Shown here one piece after another: positions 57,178 to 64,000 of a stretch of DNA of 64,000 bases; position 1 is the first letter of the stretch; each line of letters begins with the position of its first letter. Source of the DNA: Candidatus Poribacteria bacterium. GTDB lineage: Bacteria; Poribacteria; WGA-4E; WGA-3G. The DNA is taken from contig OY762722.1 of assembly GCA_963666305.1 (NCBI GenBank), positions 3,478,432-3,542,431 of the forward strand. The letters are read 5' to 3'. Below the pieces are notes generated by a model. It made no database searches and was not told where the DNA came from. It saw only the letters and a program-made list of their open reading frames with translations. Made by a program: the position numbers and the translations under genes.

Positions 57178-59664
57178 TTAGTAAGATCGCGAGCGAAGCT
57201 CGCTCCTACAGAAAGAATCAATCCAGCATCTTGTTCCATCGGTGCGGAGTGTAATCGCGCCCGCCTCGTCGGTTCGTAACATTGGGCATTCACGTACCCG
57301 ATACCGCGCAACCACATCCACATGTGGAAATCGATAGCGATTCCCTTGACCGAGTGAGAAGATCGCATAACGCGGTTGAACGGCATCTAAAAACGGAGCA
57401 CTGCTCGATGTACGACTTCCGTGATGCGGCACTTTTAGAATCTCTGAACGAAGATCTTGTCCAGACGCGATGAGTCGGGACTCGGCGTTTTTGCCGATGT
57501 CACCCGTGAACAGGATGTCTACCTCACCACAGGTAATCTTCATCACGAGTGAATCGTCGTTTTTGTCCGTATCCAGTAGGTTAGTGGAACTTGCATCGAT
57601 GGGGTGTAAGAGATTGAGCGTGGCAGTCGATGTGAATTCAATCTCTCCGGCATAAGGAAACGAATAGGGGATGTTCCGCGCCTTAACAATAGCGTGTAAG
57701 CGTCGATGAGTTTGAGAGTCGAGCGGCATATCCGAGATACCGATGACTTGTTTTACTTTAAAATTCTCTAAAATATAGCCAAGTCCGCCACCGTGGTCGA
57801 GGTCTGGATGCGTCAGGACTACCATGTCTATTTTCCGAATGCCATGAAAGTCAAGATAGGGTTCAATAATCCGTTTGCCGACATCATATTCAACTCGTTT
57901 CCGTTTCTGTTTGTTGTAATAACTCCGTTGAATGCCACCATCAATCAGGATCGTCCGGTTATCTGGAAATCTGACGATTGCAGCGTCCCCTTGCCCGACA
58001 TCAAGCGTAATTACTTCCAACAGTTTTCCCTTCTCGCGGAAAGCGGTATCCCAAACCCAAATCGCCATAACGGACAACCCGATGAGGCTTGCGACTCTCC
58101 ATTGACGATAGACAATCCGCCACTGTGTAATGCCTAAACAGCAGGCGACATAGAGGACGAACAGACCAACTGTTGGTGGCGTTAACTTGGCTATCCCCCA
58201 TGTCTGTCCGAACATGCCGATCAGGGTCAGGAAGATGGAGATAATCGCGTGATTGAGAACGCCAAGCAGTTTCGCAAACGGGAGCCAGATAAAACCGACG
58301 CATACGGATGCCATACCCACCGCAACGATGAGCGATACGAGTCCGACTGCAAACGGACCGACGAGGATTCCGAGCGGATATGCCCGATAGAAGTGGTAGG
58401 CAATTAGCGGTCCGGTTCCGATTTGCGCGGCGAACGTCACGAGATAGGAGAGTACCACCCACTTGATTGCGACCTTCCGAAATTTTGTCAGGACTGAACC
58501 TTCGCTTTCTGAAGATGAACCCTCCGCGCCCTCCCACAACCGACGCAACGGTTTCTCCATTTTCGGGACAAAATAAACAATTGAAACGACGGCGACAAAG
58601 GACAACTGGAATCCGACATCCCACAGTTGCTGCGGGTTCAAGAGCAGTAACACTAACGCCGCAAACGCTAACAGGTTGAAGATGTCCGCATCCCGATCGA
58701 TGAGGGTCGCGAAGAGAAATAGGATTGCCATCAGCGAGGCACGAAACACGGAGGGACGGAAACCGATAAGGCATGCGTAAATTAGCACTGCTATAATCGT
58801 CAGGAGACAAAGAATCTTCTGTGGGAACCGGAAAAGTGAGAAACCGAAATAGCAGAACATCGCGACAAGCCCGACGTGCAGACCGGAGACTGCAAGCACA
58901 TGGAAGGTTCCACTGTTTCGGAAGAGATCCAATGTTTCTGTGGGAACATCACTACGTTTACCGAGTAAGATGCCTTTGAGAAGTTGGGCGTGCAACGAGG
59001 GTTCAAGGAGAGGTGTCTCTACCTCAGTTTGCGTGTAGATAACGTCAATTAGACGTTCTGTCCGGAGACGGAGTGCTTCAATCCACCGTAAGGGTGGAAA
59101 TCCGCCCTGTTCCCCTATACGCACAATCCCTTTCGTATCAATTATGCCGACGATGCCTTGCCGAGAAAGGTGTGCCTGGTAGTCAAAACCACCCGGATTG
59201 CGCTTGGCTTGTGGTTGACGCAGGACACCGGTCAGCGTTAGATGTTTACCGTAGCGGAGTGGTAACAACTCCTGAAATCTGATCAGGAATTTCGCTGATA
59301 CCTGTTGTGTCGAATCTGACAATAACCGGAGTTCACCGACGGCATAACAGGCATCCCACACCTCTCCGCGTTCGGGTTGATATACGGTGGTGCCTGAGAA
59401 GCTGATCGGCTCGTCGTAAAAGTGGTTGTGGATTGGTGAATCGGAGGCGGTTTCTAATCGTAGCATCCCGCCAGCGAAAACCGCCAGATGGAGCAAAGCG
59501 TAACAGAGGTACCGCTGACGATTTCTTGTTACGATGCTACCGATAAAACAGAGGAGCACAAATATCCAGAGCCATAGAAACGGGATGGATGCCCATTTGC
59601 CTACGATAATACCCAGTAGATACGGGATAAGAAAGAAGAGTGCGGGGCGTGGTTTGATTTTCAT
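57178..59664 (-). CDS. comEC: DNA internalization-related competence protein ComEC/Rec2 (DUF4131 + competence + metallo-beta-lactamase domains)
   Basis: The competence-domain membrane core is VLAVSGLHVGLVAMF. The C-terminal MBL domain carries DVGQGDAAIV, HPDLDHGGG and VPHHGS. Confidence 0.85.
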   Translation of the reverse strand: MKIKPRPALFFLIPYLLGIIVGKWASIPFLWLWIFVLLCFIGSIVTRNRQRYLCYALLHLAVFAGGMLRLETASDSPIHNHFYDEPISFSGTTVYQPERGEVWDACYAVGELRLLSDSTQQVSAKFLIRFQELLPLRYGKHLTLTGVLRQPQAKRNPGGFDYQAHLSRQGIVGIIDTKGIVRIGEQGGFPPLRWIEALRLRTERLIDVIYTQTEVETPLLEPSLHAQLLKGILLGKRSDVPTETLDLFRNSGTFHVLAVSGLHVGLVAMFCYFGFSLFRFPQKILCLLTIIAVLIYACLIGFRPSVFRASLMAILFLFATLIDRDADIFNLLAFAALVLLLLNPQQLWDVGFQLSFVAVVSIVYFVPKMEKPLRRLWEGAEGSSSESEGSVLTKFRKVAIKWVVLSYLVTFAAQIGTGPLIAYHFYRAYPLGILVGPFAVGLVSLIVAVGMASVCVGFIWLPFAKLLGVLNHAIISIFLTLIGMFGQTWGIAKLTPPTVGLFVLYVACCLGITQWRIVYRQWRVASLIGLSVMAIWVWDTAFREKGKLLEVITLDVGQGDAAIVRFPDNRTILIDGGIQRSYYNKQKRKRVEYDVGKRIIEPYLDFHGIRKIDMVVLTHPDLDHGGGLGYILENFKVKQVIGISDMPLDSQTHRRLHAIVKARNIPYSFPYAGEIEFTSTATLNLLHPIDASSTNLLDTDKNDDSLVMKITCGEVDILFTGDIGKNAESRLIASGQDLRSEILKVPHHGSRTSSSAPFLDAVQPRYAIFSLGQGNRYRFPHVDVVARYRVRECPMLRTDEAGAITLRTDGTRCWIDSFCRSELRSRSY

Positions 59665-59843
59665 TTGAATCTTATCGGGGTTTTCCTCAATGTCTTGCCA
59701 TTATATCAGTCTCTCCGAAAATATTCTGCTTTTTTAATAGTTTCCAGTTATCGGTTAGGAGACGTTTGTAGAATTCACGATATACGCAACTACCACAGGC
59801 ACTGAACCGAAGACCGAGAACCGAAGACCGATAGCCATTATAT

Positions 59844-59872
59844 TTGACGTGTTCCGTGATTTGTGATATAAT
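59844..59872 (+). promoter_or_regulatory. Sigma70-like promoter with extended -10 for the Eis-like gene
   Basis: TTGACG, a 17-nt spacer, then TGaTATAAT. This is ~30 nt upstream of the 59904 start. Confidence 0.55.
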
Positions 59873-59903
59873 CCGTTTTGACACTACTTTATAAGGAACA
59901 TCA

Positions 59904-61232
59904 ATGCCAAAAAACAGTATTCTCTCACAGATGCCGATGGACCTCGGTGACAACTTGAAACTCCGATTTGCTACTCCTGCCGACACGGATGCTCTCGCTG
60001 AATTCAATACCCGTCTTCATGAAGAAGTGAGCGTGGATCCAGGCACCCGAGACTTGATGTCAGGAGATCACCCCACCTGCAAAGCAAGCGATTTTACCGT
60101 CGTTGAAGATACGAAGGCACGGAAAATCGTGTCATCTCTCTGTCTCATCTCGCAGACCTGGACGTATAGTGGGATCCCTTTCAAGTTCGGGCAACCCGAA
60201 TTCGTCGCAACTGAACCTGAGTACCGCAGAAGAGGCTTAGTCCGCAAGCAGTTCGAGGTCATCCACGCGTTGAGCGAGGCACGCGGTGAATTGATGCAAG
60301 GTATCACAGGTATCCCATGGTATTACCGATTGTTCGGATATGAGATGGCACTGGATATGGAGGCAGAGCGTGTTATTGACGGGATACACATCCCAGCATT
60401 GAAAAAAGGGCAGAACGAGACGTGTCGGCTCCGACCACGAACGGATTCAGATAATGCTTTCATTCAAGACATTTATGAGCGTACTATTGAGCGCAAGGTC
60501 TTTGTTTGCCATCGGACATCGGAGATGTGGGAATATGAATTCACTGGACGTTCTGCGGGAAGTGAAGCACGGCATGAATTCTTACTCATCGAAGATATGG
60601 AAGGGACGCGACTCGGTTATGTCCAACATTTTCAATGGTGTTACGAAAATTTTCTTATCATGCAAATGGAGCTTAAACCGGGGGTTGGCTGTCTACATCA
60701 TATCCCATCACTACTGCGAGCGTTGTGGAAAAAGGCAGAGACGACACCAATTGTCGCCGAAAATGACAACCCGAAAGCAACAGGTGTGCAGTTCATGTTG
60801 GGACGTGAGCATCCGGTCTATCAGGCATTACCCAAAGGCGTTGTTCGTAAGGAGTCGCCCTACGCGTGGTATATCCGCGTGCCAAATTTAACAGCGTTTC
60901 TACGGCATATCCAACCCGCACTCGAAAAACACCTCATCGGCACCATCGCAGAGGGTTACACGGGTGAGCTTAAACTCAACTTCTATCGAAGTGGGGTACA
61001 CCTCAAATTTGAACGAGGTCGCGTCACAGACATTGCCGATTGGACTCCGAAAGACGTTGAGGAGGGGGATGCGGCGTTCCCTGAATTAACTTTTTTACAA
61101 CTGCTGTGCGGACGGTGTCGAACAGAAGAGTTGGTATCAAATTTCGTTGATTGCTGGACGAACGGCAGTTCTCCGGCAGTCCTACTCGATTGCCTGTTCC
61201 CGACATTCGCTGGCGAGGTTTGGCATCTCTAA
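59904..61232 (+). CDS. Eis-like GNAT acetyltransferase (GNAT + C-terminal SCP2-like region)
   Basis: The GNAT core is VATEPEYRRRGLVRKQFEVIHALSEARGELMQGITGIPWYYRLFGYEMA, an RRRGL...YxxFGY pattern as in Eis. Total length is 442 aa. Confidence 0.55.
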   Translation: MPKNSILSQMPMDLGDNLKLRFATPADTDALAEFNTRLHEEVSVDPGTRDLMSGDHPTCKASDFTVVEDTKARKIVSSLCLISQTWTYSGIPFKFGQPEFVATEPEYRRRGLVRKQFEVIHALSEARGELMQGITGIPWYYRLFGYEMALDMEAERVIDGIHIPALKKGQNETCRLRPRTDSDNAFIQDIYERTIERKVFVCHRTSEMWEYEFTGRSAGSEARHEFLLIEDMEGTRLGYVQHFQWCYENFLIMQMELKPGVGCLHHIPSLLRALWKKAETTPIVAENDNPKATGVQFMLGREHPVYQALPKGVVRKESPYAWYIRVPNLTAFLRHIQPALEKHLIGTIAEGYTGELKLNFYRSGVHLKFERGRVTDIADWTPKDVEEGDAAFPELTFLQLLCGRCRTEELVSNFVDCWTNGSSPAVLLDCLFPTFAGEVWHL

Positions 61233-61284
61233 TTGGTTGTCCGTCGTCAGTCTTCAGTTAAGAGATGGCTTGGTAAAACAAAGT

Positions 61285-61317
61285 CTCTCTTTAACCGATA
61301 ACCGATAACTGATAACC
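61285..61317 (+). promoter_or_regulatory. Tandem-heptamer leader element, Y-variant (CTCTCTTTAACCGATAACCGATAACTGATAACC)
   Basis: It lies directly upstream of the 61327 gene. The same variant (in gene orientation) lies upstream of argB (55891..55920), comEC (59744..59763) and the ABC ATPase (41166..41189). Confidence 0.4.
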
Positions 61318-61326
61318 ACTAAAACA

Positions 61327-61896
61327 ATGGTTACCCAATCGCATGTCGTCCTCAACATAGCACTCCTCTCAAAGCGAAACAAACCTTTCCTACATTTCTA
61401 CGCGTTCATCGGTGCTGTCCTTCCTGACCTGCCGATGTTCGTTTTCTTTGCAGTCGAAACTTTTATCCTTAAAACACCACAGCGTGAACTCTGGGGTTCC
61501 CGATACTTCATGGAGTCGTGGCAAACTTTCTTTGACATTTTCAACGCCATCCCGTTGATTCTGATCGTCTTGGGGATTGGATATTATCTACTAAACTCCG
61601 AGAGAATCGTCGTTTTTGCGTGGAGCATGCTCCTCCATTGCGGCTTTGATTTTCTGACGCATCACGATGACGGACATCATCACTTTTTCCCGCTCTCCGA
61701 TTTTGTCTTTGAAAGCCCGATTTCTTATTGGGACAGGGATCACTACGGCAATATCGTCGCGCCGATAGAACGATTGGTTATGCTTGCCGCGTCTATCTAT
61801 CTGTTCCGACGACTGAAAACCCGAATAGCACGTTGGGCACTGGTTATCATCAATGTTCTGTTCTTAGGTTCTTATCTCCTCTTTTTTCTCCGGTAG
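61327..61896 (+). CDS. Small polytopic membrane protein, possibly DUF457/YdjM-like metal-dependent hydrolase
   Basis: It has four or more hydrophobic segments, plus an LPDLPMF motif and a His-rich HHDDGHHH motif. The family assignment is tentative. Confidence 0.4.
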   Translation: MVTQSHVVLNIALLSKRNKPFLHFYAFIGAVLPDLPMFVFFAVETFILKTPQRELWGSRYFMESWQTFFDIFNAIPLILIVLGIGYYLLNSERIVVFAWSMLLHCGFDFLTHHDDGHHHFFPLSDFVFESPISYWDRDHYGNIVAPIERLVMLAASIYLFRRLKTRIARWALVIINVLFLGSYLLFFLR

Positions 61897-62397
61897 GTGT
61901 AGCCTCTCTGTCACGATTTCCTGTCCAATCGTCCATCTTCCTGTAGGAGCGATCTCCTGATCGCGACTTCCGTAGAGTGCAGATGCTATTTGTCAGAATC
62001 GCGGATTGTTTGAATGTGTCAAGTTTCAGAGTATTCAGAGTAAATCCGAAAATCGATGGGGTCTCAAAACGACTGTAACCTTAGACGCTCATTGGGTTTT
62101 GAACGATTTTGAAAGAAGATACTGAAATGCTTACTCTGAAATTTTAGCATCAGGGGTAGGGGTCGAAGTAATGCTGTCTGAATGAAAAATCCATCCGTTT
62201 TCACGGAGGCTTCACGGAGATTTTCGCCGGTATATGCGGGCAGTGGGTGCCACGATGCAATATGTTGACCCCTTCCCCCGAAAAAACGGATGTGAATATA
62301 AAATTAACGTATCGTGTCAGTGTTTTTAGAACCGGATGTGCTTATCTTTTTTGTAGGTACCAATAGAGATTTTCTTCCCATGCTTAAAGACAGATTC

Positions 62398-63615
62398 TCA
62401 ATCTTGGCTTGGTATAAGGCAATCAAATGCGCGTTGTAATGCTTCGCGTAACTTTTGTTCATCCCGAATCATCTCTTGTACTCTCCAAGAATTAGGTGGA
62501 CTACCGTGTGCCAGGGCATTGCGAATCTGATTAAGATTTTCACAGGCTTCACGATTATCTCCAGGTCTCTGTCCGTTTCTTAAGGACCACTGCTGAACTT
62601 CAGATTGAATGTCTTGATCTTGACGGATATAAGGATCCTTTGAATCAAGTCCTTTTTTCTTACACACCACTGTAACAACCGCTTCCCAACCGAATAGTGC
62701 TGCACGTACATAATCGCGACGTCTCAAGTATTGACGGGCTAATTCGGCTTGCTGTTTGGAAAGGTCACCAAGGTCAACCCACGCTAAACGCTCAGCCAAT
62801 CTTCGTTGAAACAGGCCAGATGCTCCGGCGAGTTTAGACGCAAAGACAGGTCTGAACCTACGAATCTCATCGGCTGCTGCAGATAAATTGAGCGTCCGCT
62901 CGTGAAAAGCAGCATTTTCAAGATGTCTCGCTTTATCTGCTTCCACGCCATCTTTAGTGAGGAGCGAGCCGAACACCCGATAATCTCCGGTCGCGTCAAA
63001 GCGGTTGAGAGCATCCAACCATTGTCGTACCCGGTCAAGACCGTCTAATTTAAGTACAGGAGTGATACCTTCTTGAGTCATTTCGAGGGCACCGTACCAC
63101 AGATTTTTCACTTCAAGCCCACGAACACGCGAGAGCATGAAAGCCGAAAGGAAGCCAATCATGCCGAAATGACGAAACCCATGTGTCAAATCGAAATTGA
63201 CAACTCCTTCAGGAACACTGTTGGCAACGACATCTAATATTTTGTACTGTTCGCTCTCATTTTCTCCAAACGGGATCAGGCGTGGCACAACTTCACAACC
63301 GACAGCGCGACACATTAGACTCGTAACATTATCCAAATGTTCTTGCTCAATTTCGCCTTCAGTTTCGACATCAATGAGTTTAAGTCGCGCCTCCTCTTCC
63401 TCACCTTCCGCTGCCAGATTTTCTACTAAAACCCCCCATTGGCTGCTATTCGTGCCCAAAATAACGGTGCGGTCTGGATTGATATATTCTGCTAATGCAA
63501 GTCCAAAAAACGCCGTTGTTTTCGTGGATTTATCTGGAAACTCGTACGTGGTTTCCCGGTATCCAGTTGTTTTGTTTTCCCTACCCCTACCGAGGAATGT
63601 CACAAATGTTTTCAT
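62398..63615 (-). CDS. csx1: Csx1/Csm6-family CARF-HEPN protein (cas_TM1812 / DxTHG family)
   Basis: The N-terminus is MKTFVTFLGRG...TGYRETTYEF (TM1812-family start). The DxTHG motif is NFDLTHGFRHFGMIG. The C-terminal HEPN Rx4H motif is NQIRNALAHG. Confidence 0.65.
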   Translation of the reverse strand: MKTFVTFLGRGRENKTTGYRETTYEFPDKSTKTTAFFGLALAEYINPDRTVILGTNSSQWGVLVENLAAEGEEEEARLKLIDVETEGEIEQEHLDNVTSLMCRAVGCEVVPRLIPFGENESEQYKILDVVANSVPEGVVNFDLTHGFRHFGMIGFLSAFMLSRVRGLEVKNLWYGALEMTQEGITPVLKLDGLDRVRQWLDALNRFDATGDYRVFGSLLTKDGVEADKARHLENAAFHERTLNLSAAADEIRRFRPVFASKLAGASGLFQRRLAERLAWVDLGDLSKQQAELARQYLRRRDYVRAALFGWEAVVTVVCKKKGLDSKDPYIRQDQDIQSEVQQWSLRNGQRPGDNREACENLNQIRNALAHGSPPNSWRVQEMIRDEQKLREALQRAFDCLIPSQD

Positions 63616-64000
63616 TCAAATGTTTCTCCATCAGTCAAAGGTTGCCAATGGCAGAGAAAGAAATCAAGTTCGTCTAATGTGGGTTGATATGTGCTGATGT
63701 CGGATGGATCTTGTATGCGGTGACGCAGCTTAACAATGAGCATCACATCTCCCGTTGTAAGTTCTGCTGGCTCCCGTGACACTTCAATCTCAATACCTGT
63801 AAGCTGCTCAATCAATCGAGCGGTTTCAGGGTAACCGATATAACTTTGAAGGTCGCCAGTTGCGACGGCTTCATGGAGAACTTTTTGGAAAACTGCTTTA
63901 GAAATACGTTTTAGTGTATACACGCCTTCGGTTGGCATGACAGCTGAATTGAGTAAAAGCACCATACGTGTTGTGTTCAGCACGTGCGATGAATCGCACG
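63612..64000 (-). CDS. DUF1874 (STIV B116 / AcrIII-1 / Crn2-like) protein; start uncertain and frame open to window edge
   Basis: MVLLLNSAVMPTEGVYTLKRIS...LQSYIGYPETARLIEQLTGIEIEVSREPAELTTGDVMLIVKLRHRI resembles the B116 family pattern (LTNAF...AIGHDSTINL...G..L..NR.E...GDEALI). Its stop overlaps the csx1-like gene. The candidate starts are an ATG at 63965 and a GTG at 63983, or the gene may extend beyond nt 64000. Confidence 0.5.
   Translation of the reverse strand, partial: CDSSHVLNTTRMVLLLNSAVMPTEGVYTLKRISKAVFQKVLHEAVATGDLQSYIGYPETARLIEQLTGIEIEVSREPAELTTGDVMLIVKLRHRIQDPSDISTYQPTLDELDFFLCHWQPLTDGETFE

Noticed and set aside
61897-62397. Searched the 500-bp non-coding gap upstream of the csx1-like gene for a CRISPR array
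   Set aside because: No regularly spaced direct repeats of 24-40 nt are present. Only a trivial 8-nt duplication (TCACGGAG) occurs.
1-64000. Looked for tRNA/rRNA genes, integrases, transposases and phage genes
   Set aside because: None were recognised. The only mobile-like feature is the non-autonomous MITE-like element.

Overview
The window is a 64 kb, densely coding bacterial chromosomal segment (~45 CDS), mostly on the minus strand. No rRNA, tRNA, CRISPR array, integrase or transposase was recognised. The region is dominated by envelope and secreted functions. The main content is as follows. (1) Four paralogous ~940-1040 aa proteins that fuse an N-terminal ECF sigma factor (regions 2 and 4) to a single TM helix and a large extracytoplasmic Asp-box/BNR beta-propeller domain, plus one stand-alone ECF sigma. 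(2) A near-invariant ECF-type promoter (TGCAACC-N17-CGTCAC), present seven times. It lies upstream of three of the fused sigma genes (the fourth has a degenerate copy) and of a PA14 gene cluster, a TlpA-like thioredoxin, a TolB-like propeller operon and a TonB-dependent receptor. (3) A duplicated envelope module: an Omp85/POTRA barrel plus a DUF4159-like secreted protein, the two copies flanking two tandem TonB-like membrane-anchored PA14-domain proteins. (4) An ABC-2 transporter (ATPase and permease) with a 770 aa repeat-rich NEW3/CARDB-like protein and a TolC-like channel. (5) A heterodimeric ABC exporter pair, an FtsX-like permease, and an orphan ABC-2 permease paralog. (6) Three PhyH-family dioxygenases, two secreted LamG-like proteins, and housekeeping genes (argB, comEC, Zn-ADH, Gfo/Idh/MocA, NUDIX, SDR, GNATs). 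(7) At the right edge, a Csx1-like CARF-HEPN protein and a DUF1874 (AcrIII-1/Crn2-like) protein, with no CRISPR array in the window. Other observations: an in-frame TAA that truncates one fused sigma paralog; homopolymer frameshifts in a TonB-dependent receptor and in a small lipoprotein ORF; a MITE-like element with hairpin terminal inverted repeats plus a solo copy; and a dispersed tandem-heptamer leader element upstream of at least 7 genes.
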